From Luteitalea sp. (GTDB lineage Bacteria; Acidobacteriota; Vicinamibacteria; Vicinamibacterales; CAVVIG01): a stretch of DNA of 64,000 nucleotides. Location of the stretch: the NCBI GenBank assembly GCA_009380045.1, contig WHSN01000003.1, forward strand, positions 4,299 to 68,298, in the 5' to 3' direction. Position 1 is the first letter of the stretch; each line of letters opens with the position of its first letter. The translations under genes and the position numbers were made by a program. A model generated the notes under the pieces. That model saw nothing but the letters and a program-made list of their open reading frames with translations. It was not told the origin of the DNA and did no database searches. Positions 40,305-49,911 of this stretch are shown one piece after another.

Positions 40305-40428
40305 CGGGTCGAGCGGTTCGCGGAGCAGCGGGTTTCTCGCCGAAGCATCGGAAGTGACAGAGTAGTGGCTCACCCCTCGGTGAAATCGCTGCCGCGCTCG
40401 CTGTCGGCCCCACAAACGGAGACGCTCA

Positions 40429-41595
40429 ATGACGATCGACCAGACGCGCACGACGCTTCAGCTTCGCTCCCTGGTGCGAAGCAGCGGCGAGCTGGAGCTG
40501 TCGCTGGCCAGCGTGGCGGTTCCAGATCCCGCGTTCGACGAAGTGCTGGTACGCATCGAAGCCTCACCCCTCAACCCCTCGGACCTGGGATTGCTCTTCG
40601 GCGCCGCCGACATGAGCACGGCCACGTTCTCTGGCACCGCCACCCACCCCGTGGTCACAGCCAGTATTCCCGGCAGGTCCATGAATGCCATGGCCGGCCG
40701 GCTCGACGAGTCGATGCCGGTGGGCAACGAGGGCGCAGGCGTGGTCGTGAACGCGGGCTCGTCCGCCGCAGCCCAGGCTCTGCTGGGAGAGACGGTGGCC
40801 CTGATCGGTGGGGCCATGTACACACAGCACCGGTGCATCAAGACCGACCAGTGCCTGGTGCTGCCCGCTGGCACGACGCCGGCCGAAGGAGCCTCCTGCT
40901 TCGTCAATCCCCTCACCGCGCTGGGCATGGTCGAAACCATGCGACGCGAGGGTCACACCGCGTTGGTGCACACCGCGGCGGCCTCCAACCTCGGGCAGAT
41001 GCTCAACAAGATCTGCCTCCAGGACCAGATCGGCCTGGTGAACATCGTCCGCAAACCGGAGCAGGAGGACATCCTTCGGGCCCTGGGCGCGACCCGTGTC
41101 TGCAATACCAGTGCGCCCACGTTCATGCAGGACCTGACCGAGACGCTCGCTGCCACCGGCGCCACGATCGCGTTCGATGCCACGGGCGGCGGCACGCTGG
41201 CGGGCCAGATCTTGACGTGCATGGAAGCAGCGCTGACCGGGACCGTGAAGGTGTACAGCCGCTACGGCTCCACTACCCACAAGCAGGTCTACATCTATGG
41301 CCGGCTCGATGCCGGCCCGACCGAATTCACGGGCAATTTCGGCATGGCCTGGGGAATGGGGGGATGGCTGTTGTTTCCGTTCCTGGAGGATATCGGGCCC
41401 GCGGCGACGCAAAAGCTGCGGGAGCGCGTAGTGGCTGAGTTGAAGACGACGTTCCTGAGCCACTACTCGAGGACCGTGTCTTTGGCCGAGGCGCTGCAGC
41501 CGGACGCGATCGCCGCATACGGCAGGCGTGCCACTGGCGAGAAGTACCTCATCAATCCAAACAAAGGCTACGCGGGTCGAGATGCTGGTGCATGA
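40429..41595 (+). CDS. zinc-binding alcohol dehydrogenase/quinone-oxidoreductase (MDR) family protein
   Basis: VLVRIEASPLNPSD, NEGAGVVV and AAASNLGQ (nucleotide-binding region). 388 aa. Confidence 0.75.
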   Translation: MTIDQTRTTLQLRSLVRSSGELELSLASVAVPDPAFDEVLVRIEASPLNPSDLGLLFGAADMSTATFSGTATHPVVTASIPGRSMNAMAGRLDESMPVGNEGAGVVVNAGSSAAAQALLGETVALIGGAMYTQHRCIKTDQCLVLPAGTTPAEGASCFVNPLTALGMVETMRREGHTALVHTAAASNLGQMLNKICLQDQIGLVNIVRKPEQEDILRALGATRVCNTSAPTFMQDLTETLAATGATIAFDATGGGTLAGQILTCMEAALTGTVKVYSRYGSTTHKQVYIYGRLDAGPTEFTGNFGMAWGMGGWLLFPFLEDIGPAATQKLRERVVAELKTTFLSHYSRTVSLAEALQPDAIAAYGRRATGEKYLINPNKGYAGRDAGA

Positions 41596-41677
41596 GACAG
41601 ATGGCTCTCCAGCCATTTTGAAGGTTGCGTACGGTTCCGGAGTCGGTTACCGTGACGCCAAACGTGGGAGGACTCAG

Positions 41678-42685
41678 ATGAACGGTCGATTTCTCGTAGC
41701 GGCGTTCAGCTTCTTGGCGATTGCCGTCTTGGCCCCCGGACCCGCGGCAGGGCAGGGACAGGCGTGGACGCCGCCCCGGACACCGGAGGGCAGGCCGGAC
41801 ATCCAGGGCACCTTTACGTTCAGCACGATCACCCCTCTCCAACGGCCCGCGGCGCTTGAAGGGAAGGAGACCCTGAACGCCGAGGAAGCGGCGGCCTTCG
41901 AAGCGTCGGAGAACAAGCGCCAGAACCGCGATCTGTTCGATCCGGAGAAGGGAGCGCCGAGCGCCGGGTACGCACCGAGGGCGCAGGGCGGTGTGTTGTC
42001 CTACAACGAGTTCTGGTACGAGCGTGGCAGCCAGCTCACCGAGGACAAGCGCACGTCGCTCATCGTCGATCCGCCGGACGGAAGAATTCCGTTTACCGAG
42101 GCTGCGCGCCAGAAGAACGCGGAAAGGACGAAGAAGTCCAACTCGGGCTTTGCAGATTCCTACACCGACCGCAGCCTGGCTGATCGCTGCATCATGGGCT
42201 TCAATTCCGGGCCGCCGATGATCTCTGGCGCCTACAACAACAACCTCCAGATTCTGCAGACCGCTGAATACGTCGTGGTTGTCAACGAGATGGTCCACAA
42301 CGCCCGCATCATCCCAACCGACGGACGTCCGCACGGCAAGATTCGCCAGTTCGCGGGCGACTCCCGCGGCCGCTGGGAAGGCGACACGCTGGTGGTCGAG
42401 ACCACCAACTTCCTCCGCGAGACCAGCCTCACGGGCTCCACCGCCGACACGCACCTGGTCGAGCGCTTCACCCGCGTCGATCCCGACACGATCACCTACG
42501 AATTCACGGTCAAGGATCCGACTTCGTACACGCGCTCCTGGAGCGCCAGCATGCCCCTGCAGAGAACCGACGCGCAGGTCTTCGAGTACGCCTGCCACGA
42601 GGGGAACTACGGCCTGCACGGCATCATGGCCGGGGCCCGCGCCAAGGACAAGGCGGAGGCGGAAGCGGCGAAGAAGAAGCAGTAG
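41678..42685 (+). CDS. secreted protein of unknown function, paralog family member 1 (P1)
   Basis: GGGAGG lies upstream of the ATG. Signal peptide MNGRFLVAAFSFLAIAVLAPGPAAGQ. Shares RTSLIVDPP[DN]GR, GDSRGRWEG[DQ]TLVV..TNF, LHLVER/HLVERF and CHEGNYG..AGARA with the 62545-63777 protein. Confidence 0.8.
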   Translation: MNGRFLVAAFSFLAIAVLAPGPAAGQGQAWTPPRTPEGRPDIQGTFTFSTITPLQRPAALEGKETLNAEEAAAFEASENKRQNRDLFDPEKGAPSAGYAPRAQGGVLSYNEFWYERGSQLTEDKRTSLIVDPPDGRIPFTEAARQKNAERTKKSNSGFADSYTDRSLADRCIMGFNSGPPMISGAYNNNLQILQTAEYVVVVNEMVHNARIIPTDGRPHGKIRQFAGDSRGRWEGDTLVVETTNFLRETSLTGSTADTHLVERFTRVDPDTITYEFTVKDPTSYTRSWSASMPLQRTDAQVFEYACHEGNYGLHGIMAGARAKDKAEAEAAKKKQ

Positions 42686-42828
42686 GAGCTCACCGGCCAA
42701 TCGCCTGCTTCTGCTCATGCGCTTACGGCACGATCGCGGTGCCATGTCCCGACTTTAGTCGACCGCTCCGCAGTGGTCCGACTCCGTTCGTTTGTCCGAA
42801 CGCCCCTTCAGCTGTCGGTTGGTTGCAC

Positions 42829-45813
42829 ATGGAGGTTTCGAACATGGTTCCCTGCAGCCCAGCCAGGAAACTTCGTCGCGATGGAGTCTTGCTTCTCGCT
42901 CGCACCGCGTCTCTGTTGCTCGCCCTTGTCATGTTCCATTCGAGCGCGGTCGCCCAGACATTGACACTCGGCGTTATCGAGGGTGCCGTTACCGATGAAA
43001 CAGGAGGCGCCCTGCCGGGCGTCACCGTGACGCTGACGAGCCCGGCCCTGCAGGTCGGGCAGCTCACGGCCGTGACCGGCCCCGAGGGCCGGTACCGTTT
43101 CGGCGAGGTCCGAGTCGGTGTCTATCGGCTGCAGTTCGAGCTGCAAGGATTTCAAACACTTGTTCGCGAACAGCTGGAGCTGGAAGTCGGCTTTGCGGCA
43201 CGAGTCGATGCGACGCTCAACGTCGGAAATCTGGCCGAGACGGTGGTGGTGAGTGGTGCGAGCCCAGTGGTCGACCTCACGACAACACGTGGCGGGCAAG
43301 CCATCAACACGGCGCTCACCACCAAGGCCATTCCGATGGTCGGCCATCAGGTCGATCTCGTCCGGCTGACACCAGGCCTGAGCGGAGGTGTGGGCACGAG
43401 GAGCGGCAATCCCACGCAGATGGGGCTGCAGGCCAACATGAGCGTGGCTGCCTACGGCCAGAGTGGCGTGACGGCGATGATTGAAGACTTCCAGATGCAC
43501 AGTAACAACCAGCCGCCGATGTTGGGCGGTACCGATCAGATGGACGTGCGGTCGTTCGGCAACACGGCCGAAGTCCAGAACCCGGGCGCGGCCCTCAATT
43601 ACGTGTTCAGCTCAGGCGGCAACCAGTTTCACGGGCGGGGCGCCGGCCTCTTCATGCACGAGGCGCTTCAAAGCTCGAACATCGACACACCAGTGCTCCG
43701 AGCGCAGGGGTTTACGACGCCGGAAGAGCTGAAGAACTACTTCGACGTCCAGGGCAATCTGGGCGGCCGGATCATCCGCGACAAGCTCTGGTTCTTCGCC
43801 ACCGCGCGGCAACGCGAGAGCGAGCGCACGATTGGCGGCTTCGCCGCGAACGCAGGTCCCGACGGCCGGTATCTGACGGGCGACGAGCCGGCGGCCGTCC
43901 CCGTGGCGGAACAATGGGGGCAAGTCGTGAAGTTGTCCTATCAGGCGACGCCCAAGTATCAGATCACGGGGCTGTGGTGGCGCGATCGGACAGCCGACAA
44001 CGGCTCCTGCACCAGCGGCTATTTCGGGGCGGCGAACTGCCGCACGATTCCCTTCGAAGCTGCCAGCATCTACAACATCCGCGATCTGGTGTGGAACGGC
44101 GAGATTCGCGGCACGCCCACCAACAATGTGACCTTCCATCTCAAGGGGGGGCGGGCGGCCTATCAGACGCGTTACTACATTCAGCCCGGATCGGACCTGT
44201 TGCCGACGCGGTGGAACCGGAACACGCAACTGTATACCGGGAGCCCGATCTCGAACGGCAACACGACCTCGGCCCAGCGACGCGGCGATACGCGCTTCCA
44301 TCAGTACACCGGCGCGATCACTTACATCCCTGCCGGTTTTCTCGGCGGCGACCACCAGTTCAAGGTCGGCTTCCGCAGCAATCTCGCGCTGGTCGTCGGC
44401 GGCGCGTCCAACCACCCGGCCGGGAACTACGGTCTGGTGTTCGATACGGTCGGTGGTGTGCCGGACCAGGCAGCCGAGATCACGACCCTCAGCCTGCCTC
44501 TGGAGCCGAAGAACGGGCTGAATCTGCACTCGGTCTATGCGACCGATCAGTGGCGGCTTGGCAGGCGCCTGACAATCAATCTCGGCTTGCGATTCGACCG
44601 CCAGACGACATTCGTTCCGGCGCAGGTCCAGGAAGCGTCGACATTCGTCAAGGCGGCAGAGTTCGACCGACTGAACGTGGGGACATGGAACCAGTGGGCG
44701 CCGCGAGCCGCCGTCGCCTGGGACCCGACCGGCAGCGGCAAGAACGTGCTGAAGGGCACATACGGATGGTACAACGACGAACTGCCGTATTTCGTCGGCA
44801 CCTTTACCGACTTGTACAATCCGGTATTCGCGACCGCCACGACATATCGCTGGCGTGACTTGAACGGCAACAGAAACTATGACGCCGGAGAAGTGAACCT
44901 CGACGTGAACGGACCGGACTTCATCGACATTACCAGCGCCGCCAACACCAGGCCGCTCGACCCGGGCTTCAAACTGCCGCACTCGCACGAGGTTGCGGCT
45001 TCATATGAACGGGAGCTGCTGCCGAACATGGGCAGCCGCGTCCTCTACGTGTACAAGCGGCGCAACGACGACTACGGCACGGTGAACGCGGCCCGTCCCT
45101 ACAGCGCGTACAACATCCCCATCCAGCGTCGCGATCCGGGGCCGGACGGGGTCGTGAACACGGCCGACGATGGGTCGATGGTCACGATTTACGACTACGA
45201 TCCGGTCTTCAGCGGCGGGCAATTCGTCTCCAATGAGCGGGTCAACCAGGTCAACGACGACAGCGCGCAGACGATCGAGGTCTCCGTCAACAAGCGCATG
45301 TCGAGCCGGTGGAGTCTGATGGGTTCTTACGGGGCGACCAAGCAGCACCGGTGGCTCGACAGCTTCATTGACACGCCGAATCAGGAGTATTTTCCGCTCG
45401 ACGAAACGTGGTCGTGGGTATTCCGGAGCAGCGGCAGCTTCGTGCTTCCCTATGAGGTGCTGCTCGGCGGCACCCTGAACGTCCGCAGCGGCATTCAAGG
45501 GCAGCGCACGTACGTCTTTCGCGCCGCCGATCCTCTCGGCGGGCCGCGGCTGAATCAGCTCAGCACGGTGACGCTTCGCCTCGACCCCTACGGGTCGCAG
45601 ACAGGCCCGGCCCAGAAGTACTTGGACATTCGGGTGGCGAAGACGTTCAATCTCGGAGGGCAACGCGAAGTGCTGTTCAGCATGGACGTGTTGAACGCGG
45701 CCAACGACAGCGCGGCCCAGGCGATCACGTTTGCGTCCGGGCCGACCTTTCGCCAGATCACTCTCATCCCCACGCCGCGCGCGTTGCGCTTTGGCATTCA
45801 GTATGGGTTCTGA
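42829..45813 (+). CDS. TonB-dependent-receptor-like outer-membrane protein with CarboxypepD_reg domain
   Basis: GVIEGAVTDETGGALPGVTVTLTS..GPEGRYRF..VYRLQFELQGFQ, a long beta-barrel region, and a C-terminal ALRFGIQYGF. The start may be the ATG at 42829 or the one at 42844. Confidence 0.85.
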   Translation: MEVSNMVPCSPARKLRRDGVLLLARTASLLLALVMFHSSAVAQTLTLGVIEGAVTDETGGALPGVTVTLTSPALQVGQLTAVTGPEGRYRFGEVRVGVYRLQFELQGFQTLVREQLELEVGFAARVDATLNVGNLAETVVVSGASPVVDLTTTRGGQAINTALTTKAIPMVGHQVDLVRLTPGLSGGVGTRSGNPTQMGLQANMSVAAYGQSGVTAMIEDFQMHSNNQPPMLGGTDQMDVRSFGNTAEVQNPGAALNYVFSSGGNQFHGRGAGLFMHEALQSSNIDTPVLRAQGFTTPEELKNYFDVQGNLGGRIIRDKLWFFATARQRESERTIGGFAANAGPDGRYLTGDEPAAVPVAEQWGQVVKLSYQATPKYQITGLWWRDRTADNGSCTSGYFGAANCRTIPFEAASIYNIRDLVWNGEIRGTPTNNVTFHLKGGRAAYQTRYYIQPGSDLLPTRWNRNTQLYTGSPISNGNTTSAQRRGDTRFHQYTGAITYIPAGFLGGDHQFKVGFRSNLALVVGGASNHPAGNYGLVFDTVGGVPDQAAEITTLSLPLEPKNGLNLHSVYATDQWRLGRRLTINLGLRFDRQTTFVPAQVQEASTFVKAAEFDRLNVGTWNQWAPRAAVAWDPTGSGKNVLKGTYGWYNDELPYFVGTFTDLYNPVFATATTYRWRDLNGNRNYDAGEVNLDVNGPDFIDITSAANTRPLDPGFKLPHSHEVAASYERELLPNMGSRVLYVYKRRNDDYGTVNAARPYSAYNIPIQRRDPGPDGVVNTADDGSMVTIYDYDPVFSGGQFVSNERVNQVNDDSAQTIEVSVNKRMSSRWSLMGSYGATKQHRWLDSFIDTPNQEYFPLDETWSWVFRSSGSFVLPYEVLLGGTLNVRSGIQGQRTYVFRAADPLGGPRLNQLSTVTLRLDPYGSQTGPAQKYLDIRVAKTFNLGGQREVLFSMDVLNAANDSAAQAITFASGPTFRQITLIPTPRALRFGIQYGF

Positions 45814-45866
45814 GGTCGGAAAACAGGTGTCAGGCAGCCAGTAATCTCGTTGCTCTCAGCATGCGG

Positions 45867-45905
45867 CGCCCGTGCCTGGGCTCAACCGGGCCCGGGGTAC
45901 GGGCG
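45867..45905 (+). terminator. GC-rich hairpin downstream of the receptor gene (weak terminator candidate)
   Basis: cgcccgtgcc (45867-45876) pairs with ggtacgggcg (45896-45905) at 9/10 positions with a 19-nt loop, followed by ttgctgt. There is no strong U-tract. Confidence 0.2.
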
Positions 45906-46110
45906 TTGCTGTAACGGTCAGCGAAAAACCGTCTACGTCGAATTCTTGCCGCGCGAGGCGGCGGCCAAGGCTTGACAGCACGTTATCGCGGCCGCCAGGC
46001 ATACGCCAGCGGCACTCGCACGGGTGCCGGCCCGATCGTGTTCGCCTGCTGTGACGCGCCGTCGGCGTTATGATGAGACGACGCTCGTGGGCTCTCAAGG
46101 AGGAAGCGCG

Positions 46111-46635
46111 ATGGCAGGTATCACCCTCACCGTCAACGGAACTCGCCGCGAGGTCCAGGCACCCGGAGACACGCCGCTGCTCTACGTGCTGCGGAACGAT
46201 CTCGAGCTGAGTGGGCCGCAGTTCGGCTGCGGCCTGTCACAGTGCGGTGCATGTTCCGTGCTGGTGGATGGCAAAGAAGCGCGCTCGTGCGTGCTGCCGG
46301 TCAGCCGCGTCGCGGGCAAGGAAGTGACGACCCTCGAAGGCCTCCCGGCGCGGTGGGCCGGCCAGCAGGCATTGCCGGCGTCGGAGGCCGATCCGGCACT
46401 GCACCCGGTGCAGCAGGCGTGGATCGACGAGCAGGTGCCGCAGTGCGGCTTCTGCCAGAACGGCATGATGATCAAAGCCACTGAGCTACTCGACGAGGTG
46501 CCCGCACCGACCGTGGCGCAGATCAAGGACGCATTCATGAGCGGTGCCTCTCCCCATCTCTGCCGCTGCGGCAGCTACTCGGCGATCCTCGACGCCGTCC
46601 AGCGGGCGTCGATCCTGATGGCGAAGGGGAGGTAA
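46111..46635 (+). CDS. (2Fe-2S)-binding small subunit of a molybdopterin oxidoreductase (IorA/aldehyde-oxidase small-subunit type)
   Basis: MAGITLTVNGTRREV..GCGLSQCGACSV..CGFCQNGM..CRCGSY are the two [2Fe-2S] Cys clusters. AAGGAGGAAG lies upstream. Confidence 0.9.
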   Translation: MAGITLTVNGTRREVQAPGDTPLLYVLRNDLELSGPQFGCGLSQCGACSVLVDGKEARSCVLPVSRVAGKEVTTLEGLPARWAGQQALPASEADPALHPVQQAWIDEQVPQCGFCQNGMMIKATELLDEVPAPTVAQIKDAFMSGASPHLCRCGSYSAILDAVQRASILMAKGR

Positions 46636-46638
46636 GCC

Positions 46639-48996
46639 ATGGCGACTGCCACCAGACACGGTCGCGATGTGTACGGCGCGACGCTCACCCGCCGCCAGTT
46701 CGTCAAGACGGGCGGCGCCCTGATCGTGGGCTTCAGCCTGGCCGGCAGAAGCGTGCTGGAGCAGGCGGCGGAGGCCGCAGCCAGCAAGAATTCACTCGAC
46801 CCGACGCTGGCCGGCTCGTGGTTCGAGATCCACGCCGACAACACGATCCTGATCCGCACCGGCCGGGTTGATTTCGGTCAGACCACTGCCCACACGGCGT
46901 ACAAGCAGATCGTCGCCGAGGAGCTGAATGTGCCCTTCGAGGCCATGACGGCGGTGGTCATGGGCGACACGGATCGGACACCAGACGGCGGGTTTTCTGC
47001 GGGGTACTTGGAGTACGGCGGCGCCAACCTGAGGAAGGCCGCGGCCTACACCTATCAGGCGCTCCTCGACCTCGCCTCGAGCACGCTGCGCGTGGACAAG
47101 AGCCAGCTCTCGGTGAAGGACGGCGTCGTCTCCGGCGGAGGAAAGCGCATTTCGTACGGCGATCTGGTGCGGGGACAGCAGCTGAAGCTGACGATTCCGG
47201 TGACCGGCGACTTGACCAGCATGTTCGGGTTGACGGTCACCGGCACCCCGCCGATGAAGCCCACGAGCGAGTACACGATCATCGGCAAGTCCTTTCCGAA
47301 CGCCGTGACACCGTCCAAGGTCAGCGCCAAGGAGGTCTGGGTCACCGACGTGCGCCTGCCGAACATGCTGCACGGCCGGGTCGTGCATCCAAAGACGCTC
47401 GGTTCGACGCTGGTCTCGGCCGGCGAATTGAACAAGACGCGGTACCCGAACGCGCAGGTTGTCGTCAAAGGAAGCCTGGTCGGCGTGGTCGCGCCCACCG
47501 AGTGGGAGGCGATTGGCGCCGCTCAGCAGATCGCCGCCGACACCAAGTGGACGGAGTGGCAAGGCCTGCCCGGCGACGCCCAGCTGTACACATGGCTGCG
47601 CGAGCAGGCCGACTGGAAGACGACACCGGTCTCGAAGAGCGACAAGAGCCGTGGAGAGGTCGCGCCGGCGCTGGCGTCCGCTTCCAAGACCCTGTCGGCG
47701 AGCTACGAGCTGCCGTTCATGAAGCACGCGCCGATGGGGCCGACGATCGCGGTGGCCGACGCCAGGACTGACGGCACGGTGTACATCCATACGCACAATC
47801 AGAACCCGCAGGCCCTGCGCGGACAGATCGCCATGATGCTCGGCACCTCGATCGACAACGTGGTGGTTCGCATCTACGCCGGCCCGGGGCACTACGGACG
47901 ATCGAACGGCGGCAACGCCGGCGCCGAGGACGAGGCGGTGATACTGTCCAAGGCTCTCGGCCGACCGGTGCGTGTCCAGTGGATGCGGCCCGACGATTTG
48001 CAGTGGTCAACCCAGTCTCCGCCCGCGATCGCGAACATCCGCATCGGATGGGACGCGGACGGGAAGATCACCGCCTACCAGGCGGATCACTACATGCCCG
48101 CGATGCAGGACGATCGTCTGGTCGGGGCGCTCATCGCCGGGCTGCCAACACCACCGCCGCCCGACATTCGTCCGCAGGCCGGGTCCATCGGCTCGACCGT
48201 GAACGGGATCTCCGATCCATGGGTCTACGACCTGGTGCCGAACGTGGCCGAGTCAGGATACGGAACGTTTCAGCTCGGACAGAAAGCCTCGCCGCTCTCC
48301 ATCGGTCTCCGCGATCACAGCATGCGGACGCCGGGACAGCTGCAGCAGAACTATCCTCGCGAGCTGGCGATCAGCGAAGCGGCGGCTCTGGCCGGCATCG
48401 ACGCGATTGAGTTCCGCCTCAGACAGACCACCGACGAGCGGCTGATCGGAGCGCTGAAGGCGGTTCGCGAGGCGTCGGGTTGGCAGACCCGTCCGTCGCC
48501 ACACCCGAAAGCTGCCGCAAGCGGGGGCACGCCAGTGTCGGGCCAGGGCATATCGGTGATGCTGCGCTCGGGAACGTATTGGGCATGCGTCTGCCAGGTG
48601 TCGGTCGTCCCGGACACGGGGACGGTGAAGGTGGACAAATACACGATCGCCGTTGATCCGGGGATTGTCGTCAATCCATTGCAGCTCAAGCGCACGATCG
48701 AGGGCGGCGCGCTGATGGGGCTCAGTCACGCTCTCTACGAAGAGATGACGTTTGACCAGAGCGGGGTCACGAGCCGCGACTGGCGAAGCTATCCGATCCT
48801 GACGATGAACGACGTTCCGGAGATCAAGGTGGTGATTCTCAACCATCCGGAGATCGGCGCCTACGGCGGCGGATCCGAAGCGGCCAACGCCCTCGCGGTG
48901 TCGGCCATTGCCGGAGCGTTCCTGGACGCGACCAGCAAGCCCGCCCGGCGGCTGCCGTTGAAGGCGGCTTATGTTCAGTCCGTGCTGAAGGCGTAG
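46639..48996 (+). CDS. xanthine-dehydrogenase-family molybdopterin-binding large subunit (IorB-like), Tat-exported
   Basis: Starts 3 nt after the small subunit. Twin-arginine TRRQFVKTGGALIVGFSLAG. 785 aa with aldehyde oxidase/xanthine dehydrogenase-like regions. Confidence 0.85.
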   Translation: MATATRHGRDVYGATLTRRQFVKTGGALIVGFSLAGRSVLEQAAEAAASKNSLDPTLAGSWFEIHADNTILIRTGRVDFGQTTAHTAYKQIVAEELNVPFEAMTAVVMGDTDRTPDGGFSAGYLEYGGANLRKAAAYTYQALLDLASSTLRVDKSQLSVKDGVVSGGGKRISYGDLVRGQQLKLTIPVTGDLTSMFGLTVTGTPPMKPTSEYTIIGKSFPNAVTPSKVSAKEVWVTDVRLPNMLHGRVVHPKTLGSTLVSAGELNKTRYPNAQVVVKGSLVGVVAPTEWEAIGAAQQIAADTKWTEWQGLPGDAQLYTWLREQADWKTTPVSKSDKSRGEVAPALASASKTLSASYELPFMKHAPMGPTIAVADARTDGTVYIHTHNQNPQALRGQIAMMLGTSIDNVVVRIYAGPGHYGRSNGGNAGAEDEAVILSKALGRPVRVQWMRPDDLQWSTQSPPAIANIRIGWDADGKITAYQADHYMPAMQDDRLVGALIAGLPTPPPPDIRPQAGSIGSTVNGISDPWVYDLVPNVAESGYGTFQLGQKASPLSIGLRDHSMRTPGQLQQNYPRELAISEAAALAGIDAIEFRLRQTTDERLIGALKAVREASGWQTRPSPHPKAAASGGTPVSGQGISVMLRSGTYWACVCQVSVVPDTGTVKVDKYTIAVDPGIVVNPLQLKRTIEGGALMGLSHALYEEMTFDQSGVTSRDWRSYPILTMNDVPEIKVVILNHPEIGAYGGGSEAANALAVSAIAGAFLDATSKPARRLPLKAAYVQSVLKA

Positions 48997-49072
48997 TGCG
49001 GCCAGGCGCGGGCATCTCCCCGGCGTCCACGCCGGAACAGGTGGATTCACTCGACACGGCCGCCAACTTTCC

Positions 49073-49850
49073 TACTCGAGCCGCAAGGCGATAGCTGGGT
49101 CCAGGCAGATTGCGCGTCTTGTCGGGACGATCGACGCGGCGAGGGCCACGCCCAAAAGCAGATTGACGATCGCCGCGAGCGTGACGGGATCGCGAGCGCT
49201 GGTGCACCAGACTGCTCTGCAGTAGCTGTCCAACGCCGAGCGCGGCAGGCAAGCCGACGACGAGCCCGCCGCCGACGACCCCGGCGCTGCCCCGTAACAG
49301 CAGCCAGCGCGCGTGCCTCGATTGTGCGCCCAGCGCCATCCTGAGGCCGATTTCGTGTGTGCGCTGCGTCACCGCGTACGCCATCACCGAATAGAGTCCG
49401 ACCGCGGACACCAGAGCGACCAGGCCGAAGGTCGTGAAGAGCGACCGCGACGCGCTGTTCTGGTGTCGCGTACTTTTGCGTCGGGCAGCCGGATGAACAT
49501 GGTGACTCCGTTGGCGGTGTCAACGTCGACCTCGAGTGCATAGAACGTGTAGAAGCTTCGGCCCATCAAGCCTGCGGTGGCGAGGATGGAGAGCGTCAGC
49601 GCAAACTCCCCCACCAGCAGCGCGGTCCTCCAACGCCGGCCCCCCACGCCGCTGCTGCGCCCGCCATCCTTCGGCCCGTCGGCTACCGTCGACGCGCGGC
49701 GTAGAGGGCGGGTGCCAGACCGAAGAGCCCGGCGGTGGTGAGCGTCAGCAGCGCGATGAACCCGAACACGCGCGTGTCCAGCGTCATGCGACTGGTCAGC
49801 GCCTCAGCCGCCTTGAACGACGCCCTCAGACCCAACGTCCTCGGGCCCGA
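49073..49850 (-). pseudogene. ADOP/MacB-type FtsX-like ABC permease remnant (5'-truncated, internally deleted, multiple frameshifts)
   Basis: The minus-strand pieces sit in different frames: LDTRVFGFIALLTLTTAGLFGLAPALYAAR / KDGGRSSGVGGRRWRTALLVGEFALTLSILATAGLMGRSFY..LPDAK / YATPEQRVA / FTTFGLVALVSAVGLYSVMAYAVTQRTHEIGLRMALGA / SARDPVTLAAIVNLLLGVALAASIVPTRRAICLDPAIALRLE-stop. Confidence 0.65.
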
Positions 49851-49911
49851 TAGACAAGTATCGCGTCCAGCGGTGTCTTAATTAACGGGTAGACGCAAAC
49901 GCGGACGGGAT

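Noticed and set aside
38904-41438. 844-codon plus-strand ORF, the longest 'gene' in this part of the track
   Set aside because: It runs through the DinB and DUF1080 genes antisense and through the MDR oxidoreductase out of frame. Its translation is Arg/Pro/Gly-rich low-complexity with no motifs. This is a typical stop-codon-poor shadow ORF of GC-rich DNA.
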